Source: Felis catus
Taxonomy: Eukaryota
Assembly: GCF_018350175.1 (NCBI RefSeq)
Contig: NC_058373.1
Span: 104,224,001 to 104,288,000, forward strand
Reading direction: 5' to 3'
Length of the DNA stretch: 64,000 bases
The notes below the pieces were generated by a model, which was not told the DNA's origin, made no database searches, and worked only from the letters and a program-made list of their open reading frames with translations. This document shows, piece after piece, positions 26,077-40,100 of this stretch (position 1 is the first letter of the stretch; each line of letters begins with the position of its first letter). A program made the translations under genes and the position numbers.

Positions 26077-26817
26077 GTAGGAATAAAATGTGATGCAATG
26101 ATTTCTGCCTTTCTTAGTACATTCCCACTGCACTACAATAAATTATTTGTCTTTGTTTTTTACCTTATTTTTAAGATCTAAAAATTTTATTTTATTCAAA
26201 TGAATCCTGATTCTGAATCAAAACTTAGTCATATAAATAATCTCTTTAAGAGACTTGTTTAAGACATTGTTTAAGAGATTAACCTAGTTTAATCTCTAAA
26301 CTTGCTAGTAAATATAAATTTAAAAGCAGTGTAGCTTCTTTAGGGATTATTTCACTCCTGGCTTTATTTCTAGCAATTTCTCTGTGCTGTACGTACAAGT
26401 CAACCCAACTATCAGCTACCTGGTGAATTAAGCCAATCATATCATAAGATTACATTGTCATCAGTTCTGTTTTTATTTGTTCTACAGTATAGTTCTTTTC
26501 ACAGGATGCCAAAATCATAGTTTTAATGCTATGTCAATCTATATAACTGTATTAATACATGCTATATGATTTTATAGTTGTTTTTAGAATTAATAATGAA
26601 ATGCATATCATCACCAAAAATGTTTATTGTGTTTCTGGTGTTTTTTGAGGTATAATATTCGTTATTTGTTCTACTTTATTCTGCAAACTTGAATACAGAT
26701 CTGCTTTGTATGTTATACTTATAATAAATAACACTAGCAAGATTTGACTTAGATCTCTTAAAACTTTTCTATTTATGATCACTTGTTCTTTCAGTTGTGT
26801 CCTTTTCTTTTTTAAAG

Positions 26818-26903
26818 GGGTCCAATTACACATGTGGAATACAAAGTGAGTTTTGGCCAGCTTGAAGTATTTCGAGAGAAAAGCTCATTGGTCTGGATTA
26901 TTG
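26818..26903 (+). CDS. AP5M1: AP-5 mu-1 exon 5
   Basis: Polypyrimidine tract plus taa[30 protein letters not shown](G), donor G|GTAAGC; 86 nt. Confidence 0.95.
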
Positions 26904-26992
26904 GTAAGCTTCTATTTATTAACTTTTTTTCATTCATTTGTTGTAGAATAAAATAGTTAAAATTGTTAAATAGTTAAAATAGTTGATTGGTA

Positions 26993-27241
26993 GGGGCACC
27001 TGGGTGGCTCAGTGATTAGTTAAGTATCTGACTTCAGCCCAGGTCATGATCTCACAGTTTGTGAGTTCGAGCCCCACATAGAGCTCTGTGCTGACAGTTG
27101 AGAGCCTGGATGGAGCCTGCTTCAAATTCTGTGTCTCCCTCGCTCTTAGCCCCTCCCCTGCTCACACTCTGTCTCTCTCTCCTTCAAAAATAAATAAACA
27201 TTAAACCAATTTTCTAAATAAAAATAAATAAATAATAAAAT
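26993..27241 (+). mobile_element. Can-SINE in AP5M1 intron 5
   Basis: TSD aaaatagttgattggt / aaaatagtcagttggt. Confidence 0.92.
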
Positions 27242-27273
27242 AAAATAGTCAGTTGGTGCATTTGTGTTCTTAG

Positions 27274-27392
27274 GACAGAAGTTCCCCAAATCAATGGAAA
27301 TTAATCTTTCTGGAACTGTAACTTTTGGAGCCAAGAGTCATGAGAAGCAGTCATTTGATGAGATTTGCATTGGAGGTACAGCATACTTAAAG
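27274..27392 (+). CDS. AP5M1: AP-5 mu-1 exon 6
   Basis: ttctt[43 protein letters not shown], donor AAG|GTAAAT; 119 nt. Confidence 0.96.
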
Positions 27393-27458
27393 GTAAATAT
27401 ATTTATATGGCTCACCACATTAGAAAACTTTCATTTCTTTTTAAAGTTTAAATACATA

Positions 27459-27693
27459 GGGGCGCCTGGGTGGCGCAGTCGGTTAAGCGTTCGACTTCAG
27501 CCAGGTCACGATCTCGCGGTCCGTGAGTTCGAGCCCCGCGTCAGGCTCTGGGCTGATGGCTCGGAGCCTGGAGCCCGCTTCAGATTCTGTGTCTCCCTCT
27601 CTCTCTGCCCCTCCCCCGTTCATGCTCTGTCTCTCTCTGTCCCCAAAATAAATAAAAACGTTGAAAAAAAAATTAAAAAATAAATAAATAAAT
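27459..27693 (+). mobile_element. Young cat-type Can-SINE in AP5M1 intron 6
   Basis: CpG-rich (gtggcgcagtcgg, gatctcgcggtccgtg); perfect TSD aaagtttaaatacat. Confidence 0.95.
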
Positions 27694-30517
27694 AAAGTTT
27701 AAATACATCTAATTGATTTTTAATGTTTTCTAGCCATTTTTTGTTGGAGAAACTTCTTGTCTGCGCTAAGTCCTTTTTAAGATTTTTTTGTGCAATTTCT
27801 ACTTAGTATTAGTCACTTTCTGTTTCACTTCATATGTAACAAATTTTAAGGTGAAACACTTAACTATAACTTTAACACATCAAATAAACCAAGTTCTATC
27901 TACCCAGCTCTTAATTATCACATTCAACATTTGTATACAAAAAATATAAGATGTAGCCCTTGACCTCTGGGATTTTCCACCAATACATGTCAATAATTGA
28001 TCAATGCTAACTGCTTTTGGTATTTGAAGGAAACAGTGAGCACTTCTGACCAAAGTGGTCAAGGAAAGTTTTGCAGTAGAGATGGAGTTTAGGCAAAACT
28101 CTGAGGCCCAGATAAACATGAAAATGAAGCTTTGAAGATTGATGAACATTTATATAGGTAAATAAATGACTTAATCAAAGGAATGAATGGTAACAAAGCA
28201 TGCTTAGGGGCCGTGCTAGAAACAGTAGTAACACGTAAGGTTGGATAAGTGATTTAGGTCACAAAGCTAGATTATAGCTTTGGAGGGTTTGCATTCTAAC
28301 TTTTATTCTTTTGTTAGAAAATGTTGTACTTTTTTTGAATATGGGAGTGGTTGGTCTTTCAGAAAACAATACTTTAAGAAGATCAATCTAGAATGGATGT
28401 GAAAGGGAGGTAGAAAAAAAATAATGAAACTTGAGAGAGAGGAACTATTTTTTAGCTATATTAGTATTCCTGATGAAAGGTAGTAAGTTAATGATGCTGA
28501 AGGTCACAGAAAGAGAGACTGCTGGACAAGCTGTGATAAAGGTAAAGTATTCGTCACTAATTAAATATAGAAACAAGAAATGGTTTTAAGCCCAAGATTA
28601 AAAAAAGAAAAATGTGGCTTAAATCACACTTGAAGGTCCAAGAGGGCAGAGACCATGTGAGTGTCATACATTCATTGTTTTATCAGCAACATCTAGTTCA
28701 TTCTCTACCACATAAATATTTGATGAAGGATGAATATATTTAGAAGAAAGTACTAATATGGAGAAAGTTGGGAGAGAGTGGGTTTCATATCATGTATGTT
28801 GCTGGTAATAGCAACATATCTCAGTATAAGTGTCCAGTAGGCAGCTAAAAACCTGAAGCTTGAGTCTTAAGAGAGAGCTCAACAGTTTATAATGGCTTAG
28901 GTGTTATCTGTGCGGAAAAAATAGTTGAGGCAGTGGAAATGAATAAGATCAGAAAAAGAGAAAATAAGAGAATGATTTAGAAGAACCAGTGAGAAGAATT
29001 GAAGGGATGATCAGAAAAGTAAGGAAAATCTAAATAGAATGGTAAAGAAATCAAAGAATAGAGATTGAAATCTATATATAAAGATAATTAGAGGAAATGG
29101 TAATGAAGTCTGAAGTACACTAGTGATATTTGTTTTTTCCATCTTGACTTCACCTATGCCCACAAGCTTTATTTCAGAGATTATTATAAAAATTCCTATT
29201 TCCAGATAGTTTTCAGAAAAAAATGTGGGATGTCACTACATTGTAGGTCTTGCAAACGTAGGGATTCTGACTTTTGTAATTTATTTTCATCCCCTACTCA
29301 GTTATAATCTTTCATCCCCTACTCAGTTATATGTATAAACATAATACATATTTGTGTTTACTGAACAGATTTATTTTTATAATATCTAGTTATGTGGAAA
29401 TCAATCTTCGCATAACTTCCAGCATCCAGAATTATACCAAACAAGTAAAAGCCCTTTACTGTTAGAGTTTGAGATGCAATAGGAAAAAAATTGCTTCGAA
29501 GACTTGAAAATTCACATTCTATGTATGTGGATCAGTTAGTTTGGCAATCAAAAGGAGAAACTTAGGAAGTGGGAGAAAATTGCAGGGATGGGAGCTAGAA
29601 GAAAAAAAAACATAGAAAAGATATCAGGATATTACAAAATTGGGAGCTTTGAGCAGCAGATATGAGAACCACAGCAAAAGGAGACTGGTGCTCCCTCCAT
29701 AAGACATAGATACCTTTCATAGTTCATCTGAATATCATTGTGACTCAGGCACCCCACCACTATGCCTTCAGAGAAGGTGCTAACAGCCCTTTCTACAATA
29801 TAATAATTGGCATTTATACCGATGATGCCACATTATCAATTAACTCCAGAAATATGGATTACATTCTAGAAAGGTTTTATAGGTGAGAGACAGGATGATT
29901 TCTAAGCTTAATTCTATAAAAATTAAATTTCAGTTTTCTGGAAAATTAAGCAGAACATCTCATTCCCTCCAAACACCAGATAAACTGTTTCAGTTTTAGT
30001 AATTGCATTGTTGGGTTTTGCTAGAAAAGTGTATACATACATTTCTGCCTGTAAAAGGATTATGATCTGAAATATATCACAGCAAGATAGCCTTAGAGCT
30101 AGAGAGGACATACAGGGCACCAGACACCCTAGGGGAAGAAGCACCAGCTTTTGTTGTCATTTGGGTCTGAGTTCAAATGCCAGCTCTGCTCCTTATATTC
30201 TGGGATGCTAATCTTTCTCATCTCTGAACCTCATTGCCTCATTTATAAAATAAGGATGCTTTGCAGTATAGATTAGTGTCCATATTAGTGAAGCATCTGG
30301 TGTGTATTAAGCACTTCCTAATGACAACTTCACAAAGAAATGGTCTTAATGCAAAGGGGGAAAAAGTGTATATGTTTATGCATACATGTGTGTACACACA
30401 TTTTTATTTTGAGAACTGTGTGAAGTAAATTCCTAAAATTGTGTCAAGGGAAAAAATGTAGCCATCACTTTTACCAAATAATCATCTCAATTTGGTATAT
30501 TTCTCTTCTTTTTCTAG

Positions 30518-30614
30518 CTTCATTTTAGGATCTTAGATTATACACTCACTGGTTGTTATGCGGATCAGCATTCAGTTCAAGTTTTTGCATCAGGAAAACC
30601 AAAAATAAGTACAC
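30518..30614 (+). CDS. AP5M1: AP-5 mu-1 exon 7
   Basis: tttct[37 protein letters not shown](H), donor C|GTAAGT; 97 nt. Confidence 0.96.
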
Positions 30615-30765
30615 GTAAGTTGTAGAGATTCAGATTAACTTGAGGGAATAAAATGGTGCTATGCAATTACTACCTAAGATAAAATCTAACAGAAATAGAT
30701 TAGAGAATAATGCCAATTTGTAAAAATTTTGACCTGATCCTATCCTGTGTAATAGTGTATGTACT

Positions 30766-30810
30766 TTTTTGTTTTCTTTTTTAAATTTTTTTTAATGTTT
30801 ATTTATTTTT

Positions 30811-30842
<32 letters not shown>

Positions 30843-31010
30843 ACATGAAAAGGGGAGGGGCAGATAGAGAGGGAGACACAGAGTCCAAAGCAGGCTCCAG
30901 GCTCTGAGCTGCCAGCACAGAGCCCGATGCGGGGCTGGAACTCACAAACCAGGAGATCATGACCTGAGCCGAAGTCGGACATTTAACTGACTGAGCCCCC
31001 CAAGCGCCCC
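30766..31010 (-). mobile_element. Can-SINE in AP5M1 intron 7
   Basis: Reverse orientation; TSD agtgt(a/g)tgtacttt. Confidence 0.92.
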
Positions 31011-31159
31011 AGCAGTGTGTGTACTTTACATTTCACTCTGCCTTCTCTTGTTTATACAATGGTCTGGACGAGCAAGGACTGGCATAGAGGCAAGCTTTAG
31101 TATAAAGTTGGATTTGTTTTGCTATGGTTATTCTCTTTGATTCAGAAGTTTTCCCCAGG

Positions 31160-31400
31160 GGCTTTGGTGTTGGACAGACAAAGGTTTGAGTCTGGTTCAG
31201 ACAATTTATTACCAGTGTAACTTTGGGCAAGTTAGTAAACTTCTCAAAGCTTTAGTTTCCTCATCCATAAAATGGAAATAATAGTACTGTTTACCTCAGG
31301 ATTGTTATGAGATTTTGATAAAATTATATTGACCGAGTACTTAGCATGATGCTTAGAGCCTGTAGTATGGATTCAATAAGTGTTAGATATGATTATTACT
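31160..31400 (+). mobile_element. MIR
   Basis: gtgtaactttgggcaagttag...agtttcctcatccataaaatgg. Confidence 0.75.
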
Positions 31401-32469
31401 TAAATTTTTAAATATTTTTAGCAAATGCTGTAGTCAATGAGCAGTATTTAGCATCCTCTGCATTTTACAAATGGGAGTGCAATAGAAAGTTTCCAGCCTT
31501 CAGTGAGTTTGTTGGTTGTAAATAAATATATATACTGTATTTGAAAATACAGGGAGACAAAAAGATGATTCATTTATAAATGAATCAGAATTATTTGATT
31601 CAGATCAAATATTTATAATAGCATAGAACAGAAAAGTAGCTAGAATGAGGTTAAGTTAGTTAAATGTAAGCAGACCTCTTTACCTCATGTATTAAGAAGA
31701 ATAAAGGTATTAAAATCAGATATATAGTTCTTAAACTAAGGATTGTAGTCCCCAAAATAGGTAGGATAAGCCAGGACTTTGTACTTGAAAGTTTCAAAAG
31801 AATTACAGAACTTAGAACTATAGAAGTCTAAGCAATTGTGAATGGCAATAATAAATTCTATGTAATGTAACCAGAATAAGTCATATTTTCTTTATCTCCC
31901 TAGGATTTCTCTGTTCTCTCATTCATCATTCTTTTGGTTGTATTTTAAAGAAATGCATAAACATGAAAGAGTCTTCATAATGCATTTTTTAAATGAGGGC
32001 AAAATATGAGATATATCAGGTTAGACAAACCAGTGGTTTTGTCTAAATACAAATATTTTGGATTCTATCTATGGGATACTGAATGCAAACATAAAATTTT
32101 AGACTGTCTGTGGGACAATATTTTAGGTTGTCTATGTTGTCTCTTTAGATTAGTAATGTCTAAAATACTCTAAGTATCTTATTAATGTTAACATTATTGT
32201 AGTAATTCTCAGGGAACATAATATAGGATGGGACATTTCAATAATATACCTGCTTCTTAATGTAATTAATTTATATTTTAATATAAATTAATGTTACTAT
32301 GTTGAATAAAAGATCATTTTAAATGCATAATTATGACCAGTCTTTTATTTCCTTCCTCTGTTAGTTTCAGAACAGTCTACCACTTTGTGCATCTTCACAG
32401 TAAAATCTATTTTTGTAATATATAACTTAGTTCTGAAACTATTAACGACGATAATAATGTTTATTTAAA

Positions 32470-32700
32470 TAATAATAGCTAACAGTTATTGCTCACCTTG
32501 TGCCAGGCACAGTTCTAAGTATTCTATGTGTGTCAGCTCATTAATCCTCACGGCATCCTATGTAAGAATTGTCTCCATTTTACAGATGAGGATGCTAATG
32601 GAACGTGTGGGTTAGGGTCACATAGGTAGTAGATGGCAGGACTGGGACCCAAACCAAGCAGGCTGGCTTTGGAGCCGGCCCGCTTAACCAATATGCTGTG
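32470..32700 (-). mobile_element. MIR
   Basis: tgtgccaggcacagttctaag...ccattttacagatgagga. Confidence 0.75.
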
Positions 32701-33451
32701 TTGCCTTTCGATGTTACCAGGTTCTCAGACTGAAAAAGATAAATCAATAACAAGGTAATACATCCTACCTTTATCTTCTTCATTATGAAGAAGGAAGGTA
32801 GAAAAGGCAGAATTAGATATTTAGTGGTATGTGTCATAACTAGAATTTACATGGATCTAGCTCCAAGTGAGCATTATTATCTCAAACTTACATATCAGAA
32901 AACTTGAGTTCAGAGAGGTTGTCATTTGTTCAAAGCTATAAAGGTATTAAAACAAAAAGCTTAAATTTGATCAGAACTTTAAGAAACCATCGAAGCAACT
33001 TTTTAAGACTATTACTAGAAAGTTGGATATTTATTTCTATCTCTGAAACTTTGAATGGGAAAAGAATAGTAAGATCAGAGTTAGGACCATGGTAAAGAGG
33101 TTACTGAAGGGAAACCAATAAAAAATTTTTAGTTTTTTTGTAGTTGACATAATGGTCCATAAGAAACAATTTAGGGAAACCATGAGAAAATTGATAGAAG
33201 TAATATGAGTAAGGGATATTGGCATAAATTTGGCATAAGCTCAAAGATGGATTTATACATTTAATAAGCCCATATTTTTAAAGTTGTAAAAATTATAATG
33301 CCTTGATAAAGTGAAATTAAAATGAATATTTCAGAGTGTTGCCTTTCTTGAAATAATTGCGTCCCACAATTCTAAAATATCATGACTTTGCTGTCTCATT
33401 GAATTTTTGTTAAGATAATACAGTCTTACCATTTATTTCCTTTTTCTATAG

Positions 33452-33534
33452 ACCGGAAACTAATTTCTTCTGACTATTACATCTGGAATTCTAAGGCTCC
33501 TGCTCCAGTAACATATGGATCATTATTACTGTAA
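33452..33534 (+). CDS. AP5M1: AP-5 mu-1 exon 8 (last coding exon)
   Basis: ttctat[30 protein letters not shown] then TAA at 33532-33534. Exons sum to 74+646+228+140+86+119+97+83 = 1473 nt with all phases consistent. Confidence 0.96.
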
Positions 33535-34172
33535 TTATCTCATAGTTAAATAGGATTTATATAATGGTAACATAGTTCAAATCATTTGTCTTTTATTTTT
33601 AATGTGTATGCATATAAACTATGAATGAAAAAAAATCATTGAGTGATTTAATTATAAAAATGTTATTGTTTAATGTTTTTAGATTGACAGTGTTTGAAAG
33701 AACATTTTAAAGGCTAATGTCTCCTATTTTGTTACCCTTTGATTTTATTCAAATAAGATTCAGAGCATAAAACAGTCATGATTCACTTTAGGCTTATTTT
33801 AGACTAGTCCTGGGTCACTCTACCATACATGCTCTTTCCTGTCCCTGTGGCAGACATGGCCAATCAGTCACAGGCTTCTTTCTCCACTGAGCCTTCCTGG
33901 ATATGGGCTCAGTCTCCTCATTGCAAAGGTGCAGGCAGCCATTCCCAATGGATTGTAGATGATGTGCAAGATAAAAAACTCTTTAACCTTTCAAACCTGA
34001 GTAGTAAGCTCCTAGTACAATGTGTTGTTACAGAGTATCAGATACCACATCAGAAACCAGTGTCAGTCTCTTGGAAAAAAAACAAAAACAAAAAACAAAA
34101 AAACAGTCAATGAAAACAAAGTAATGTTGTTTAATTAGTAACCTGTTCTTAATCAGAACTATCTTATTGACT

Positions 34173-34178
34173 AATAAA
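34173..34178 (+). terminator. Candidate proximal AP5M1 polyadenylation signal
   Basis: AATAAA ~640 nt after the stop codon, followed ~25 nt later by GT-rich ggtgtttatctgttct. Use is not demonstrable from sequence; longer 3' UTRs are possible. Confidence 0.4.
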
Positions 34179-37100
34179 GAATCTGCATAATTCTATATAA
34201 GGTGTTTATCTGTTCTAGAGTTACTTTACTTTTCAGGTGAACTTGTTAATCTGCCACAACAACATTTTGCTCAGGATGTCAGTAAGCATACTAAGAGGAG
34301 TGGGATACCTTCAAAAAATGAGCATAGTGTTTTTGTGATCGCTTAATGCGTGCAAATTTTTAAAAATAAGTTTAGGAATAATACTGTTTTTCATGTTTAT
34401 TATATGAAAGTTCTTAATGAATTCAGGTAAAAATTCAAAAGCTGTTCTGTGAGTAGAGAGTATTAGTCTTATTTCAATCTCATGTGGCATATTTTGTCAC
34501 TCCTGCTTTCTTATTAGCATTCTCTTGATTTCTTTAGGGACCACCTGTACTCTTTATTCTCTACCTGTCTTTACAATTATATGTCTCATTCTATTTTCAA
34601 AGCAGTTCATTGTCAAGTTGGACTTTAAGTGACCATTCAAGAAAACATGAAATCTCAAGATCCTTAAAACTTAATCCATGTCAAGTTTCTTTTTACAGAA
34701 TAGCATTAGAAGCATTATAAAAAATATGCATTACAGATTAATATTCAATTAAATTATCTCTTGGTTTCTATTTCTTAATGAGTCTCCTAAGGAAGAGCTT
34801 AAAGAAAGCTTCTAACTCCTTGAAAGAGAGCTATGATAGTTTGAAGGGATATTGCAAATAAATTTAGGATTTAAAATATGATTTTTTTAATTAGGGTCAA
34901 TCTCACTCATTATAAATTCTCATTTTCTCAAGGCATTATCATGGCAGAATGCTCCATGTTCAAAATTATCCCAAGTAACAAAGAAAATAGAATAACTGCC
35001 TGACCAGGACTTTAACTTATTATTCTAGCTTAATCATAGATAATCAGTAGTAAAAACTTTTCTTTTGAAAGAAGGAAAAAGCCATTTCCCTTAAGTTATT
35101 TGATCTCTCTTAAACTCAAGGGAAGCTTAACATTTAACTTATGTTAATATTAATGGAGCCATTTGGACATCTTGATTATTGTATAAATGTTGGGTAGAGT
35201 ACACTAAGATAGGCAAGAGGCATTTATCTAGTAAGTACACAGATATTCAGTATAATAATCCCCTAGGGAAAACTTTCCTTACAAGCTATCAGAAAAACCA
35301 GTGAATCTTTGGTTTGACATTTCTAGAAGCCTGAGGAAAATGTAGGGAGTCCTGGAAAAGTATAGGGCGAAGGGGAACCTGATGCCATCTGTTGCCATTC
35401 CATTCTAACATAATGCTACAGAACTAAAACCAACTCATGTTTTCATCCTGTTGAGATCAGCTGGGCACACTGTGATGCTTTTGATTTTGTCTAGAAACCT
35501 GTCACTTCAGGATAATTTCTGAAGACAAAGTCTGTTTCCCGTTTGGTAGGTGACCTGTTTAATGTTTTCCCTGTGTCTGGGAACTCCTTAGTGTAATTAG
35601 CGACCTTTGAACTCCACAACTAATCCTGAGCTATTTTGTATTCCTTACTCATCTTTAAGGCTGGACCTTTCTTTTCTTCAGAGTCCGCTGCCACAATTAA
35701 AGAAGAAACAGCTGCATTTCAAAGGGATTCCGATTCCAGAAGCTTAATCGTGATTGACATGTTCTTATTCTAAGCTATAAGACACTCTAAGAGTCCTTTC
35801 TTGGGTTAAAACTTCAATCATTTTCTAAAAAATTATCTCACTATGGATTTTATTCATTTTCTTTGATAACTATTCTTTGCATTTTTTAACTTGAAAGATG
35901 CTTTGCGTTTGTGGTGAATATGAGCATCTACTTCCAGTTAAAGATTTGGATGGTGTCAGACATACTCTAGACGCAAAATTGCTAAATTCCCTTTTAGTGC
36001 CAAAATATGATTATGAAATCTGATGTCTGTCGTAAGGGTAATTATTCTTCAGTAGACCCCAGAGGTACAAAAAGTGTTAAATTTCTGAAAACGGACTCAA
36101 AAAATAGTTTCATGATTTTCATAAAACCCTTCTTCATTTTTTACTAAACAATATTTTTAAAACTTTGTAAAGCCAGCAGTACTCTTAGAGTATAAGTTAA
36201 TACCTTTACACTGGTGGGCACTTTTTACTTTTCTTTTTTAGATAATCAGTGTGAACGTCAGGTTTGAAGTAAATGGCCTTCTCAGGAATTCTTAAGAGAA
36301 TTATTTATATAAAAAGGCTTTTTTGATTAAAGAATAGTCTGTCTCATAAACTAATTTTTTCACACCAACTCAGTGTTTTTCAGTTAAAATTATTGTCGTT
36401 TTTATACATTGTGTGATTTAAGATCTTTCAAAGCACAATTTTATATACAGTAACAACTAATATTTTCTTTCATGTTGTATTATAGTATTTCAGGCTGCTT
36501 TATAGATATTCATATGCCCCTGTACCACCCCTGAGAGGTAGGTAGGTCGAGTTATCATCCAGAGCCTCTGTGGGGACTGCTGCCATAGCAGAACGGTCGT
36601 TTCTAAGACAAAGGTCAGAAAAGGGATGTTAATAAACAGTCCTCAGGTTTAAGGGACTTTTTTAGGATTACATCTTAAATTCCAACAAATCAGATTTAGG
36701 AGTTACTGAAAGTGAAATTGATCCATCCCTCATCCAAACTTTGCAATACTTTCCTGTTCTGACATCATTTAGATAGTTAGCTGTATTATCAGATTAGAAA
36801 CCATTGTACCCAGCTGCTGAAAGGAAAAGGAGGCAAAAAGCTAAACATGGGATGAATTCTGAACCTTTTAACCTGGCTGAAGTACGTTGGTCCCTGTTAT
36901 GCAAATACCTTCAATCCTCTGCTAAGTTCAGTGGAAATAATTTTCTTGAATGACAGGTTTATTCAGCAAGGATTCAGTTGGTGATTAATCCCCCTTTGAT
37001 CTAGGGTATTTCACTTAACTACCAGTTACCTCGTTCTGACAAAGTGCAACTGAGATTAGGGAGATCACTAGAACACTACCAGGGTGTGCGTTTATTCTCT

Positions 37101-40100
37101 CTAACCTTTTAAAGCAAGGGCCAAGAATGCAATTTATTTTCAGTATTTGAAGATGTAAAGTCCTGTCTGCTAAGTTAGAAAGTCAATTGAATACCAAATG
37201 AAGTTTATTTCTTACGTAATAGAACAAACATTTCTTTTTGCTTTGACTAACAATGATTTTAGGCAACATAGGCTTTGAAGAAAGAAGAAACAAAGACTAT
37301 ATTCTAAGTATATCTTCTAGTTTTATTTCATGTACTAGAGTGTATACTTATTGGCCCTGCGATAAACCCAAAATCAAAGCAATGGCTACAACTTAGGCTG
37401 AGAAAATGCTCCTATTTTTATTAAACTGCATGGTTTCTCCTTGCCCTCCCCCCCATTAAAAAAAATGTCATGCTATGTGGTAAAGAAATCCAATGGGGGA
37501 AACATATAATACACAATTATTCATCTTAAGACTTAGGGTTTCAAAGCTTTATTTGTTAACTTTGTTCTTTCTTGAGGAAAAAAAGGCTTGTTACATTGCC
37601 ATCATAAGATAATCATGTTCTTTTTCAGAATGATGTTTTTTTCTATGAAGAAAGGTAAATGATGCCATTATAAAAACAATTCAGATTATTTTAAATTATT
37701 AAAATAACTGCCTTCCACTGTATTGCTCACTATTTTTTCTGCCTTTTTCTCATTTAATTGAGTACCTCTTCTTCCACAACTTTAAGCTTTAAAATATTTT
37801 ACGTAATTTTGCACAATATTTTAAGAATAAAATATTAAGATGTGTTTTATGCTAGGTTTCTCAAGAAGTTCACTTAAAACTATTATCAACCTCAATGTCA
37901 GTATTTATCATCCGAGATATCAAATTTGGAGATTTATTTTCAAGTATATTTCAAGTAGGTTTCAAGACTGACTCTTAAAAAAAGAAACAATGGTGTGTAA
38001 CAAAATTGTTTTTTAGTATTAAATTATTATTTTGTTATTACTGACGAGGCATTTTTTAAATGCTTAATAATTGTTCATTATTCTAGTAGCAGTTTGCAAT
38101 GTAAGTTGCATATATACATAACTTTCTTACACGTTTTTTGGCTCATTTTGTGATCCAGTTTCTAAATTGAAACAATGTCTTATGCATATCTAATTCATGT
38201 TGGTGCCGAATCAGTCTCTCTAGTTTCAATTTAGTAACCAATCTGTTTTGAAATATCTTTTGATACCAAGTTACTTAACCAGAGGAAAATTGAAAAGCAG
38301 AAAAAGACTTAAGATGGAAGGGCAGGATCCCCTGGCTATGTTGCTAAGAAACTAGTATTTTTAATAATTACTACTCTATGCAGTCAATATTTAGTTAATA
38401 AAATGTAATGTATTTTGAAATATGCTGTCAGAGAAAGACTATATCAAACATGTGTATGCATATGTATGTGTGTATTTGTATAATGTATATGTTAGTATGT
38501 GTGACTTGGTGGGTTTCCCTATGAAATATTTGTGTATCACGTCAAAGGAAGAATATTGAAGTCAAGTATCTTCTCTCTAAACATATTTATTAATAGTGAT
38601 GGAGAGGTTCGTTAAAATGAAAATTGCCAAAGAACTCATGCAATTACTCTAGAAGACGGTTACGGCTGTTAGGAACTGAAGCCTTTTCAACTAGTTTCTA
38701 ATTTTTTTCATCAGCTATTTTATGGAGATGATCATATTGTCTGTGTGTAGCCTGGAGAAGTCAATGCCTTTTCTGTATGATCAGTTTACTCTGAGGTCCA
38801 GATTGACTTCTCTAGGCCCTGACTAATCTGTGTAATTGTTGGCAGTGTGGTGCTAATGTAAGATGCACAGCATTTATGGATTGTCAGGTACCCTGGGATG
38901 GAAACCACCTGCTAAATTGTTTTTTGCAGTAAGACATGTGGAAATTTATATGTCTTAATAATCCACTAACGTTTGAGGTCAAATTGTATGTTTCCTTTAT
39001 GTGTCTTCTTTTTAAATGACAGTTTCTGTAAAAACAATATTGCTTAGTTAACATACTAATAATAGAAATGAAAAATAAAAAAAATTATCCCTCTTAAAAT
39101 TTTTACTCTTTCTTTCAAAGGACTTGAGTGCCCTCTGCAGGCTATAAAGAGATAATTAATGACTATATTTACACCCTGTGATTTTTTTCCCTTTTAGAAG
39201 CATAGCCTGGATTAAGTGCGATCCATTTTATTTATATTGTTAACTCTTTCATTTGCCAGTGATTGAAGAAAGAGTTTCTTTTCTTTGCCAGTAGTGTGAA
39301 AAATACTACCATTGAATTTTCCAAATCACTTAGCTGGGACTCTTTAAATGTTGGAACTATACACATTGGAACTAACCATACACATTCCCTCAAAGAAAGG
39401 AGATCAGGAAAACATTTAGCGATTTTCAAATTTGTTGGAGATTTGGAGAGTAACTTGATTATTTCCCGTTACATTTTAGAATATTATACATTTGATGTAA
39501 AGCCTTTTTCAGTATGTACCATGTAAAAATTTTAAATTACATATGAGTTCTATGTATTGATCTTATTGATGGGTGATGATTGTGTTCAAGTTAAAAACCA
39601 AGGCTTCTTAGAATTTCTTTAAAGAAAGGATTGAACAGATAATGCTTCGTTGCAGTATTGTATAAGTCTGCTAAATAGAAGGATCATTTCTATTGGAAGA
39701 GCAAACGGCGGAGGTTTCATTGAGTCCCTCATTTCTGTGTACCCATACTTTCTCAACAGGTGTAACAGTTCTGTTCTTAAAGATCTAGAAGTTCATTTTG
39801 TATATAAACTATAGAACTGAAGTGCCAGTGGCTTTCTGATTCACTTAATGCTACCAGGGAAACTAAATATGATGAGAACAGGAATGACTGGATCAAATTA
39901 ATAGAAATAGATCTTTTTGCAAGCAACATAATGCTCCTGATCATCAACCTTGAAAAGTAAATTAGAACAAGCAAATTACTGTTGAAAAATTCTTTCAGCA
40001 CTCTGCTGTTGCTACTCAGCTAGTCATGGCTTAGCCAGAGGCAAGGGAAAAATGCACTCAGTTTTGTATTAACAAAGGAAACATTATTAAAGGGAATGTT

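Noticed and set aside
39232..39470. hAT transposase dimerisation-like stretch (CFPDLLSLRECVWLVP)
   Set aside because: Lacks the conserved ER.FS motif; better treated as the frameshifted tail of fossil exon F.
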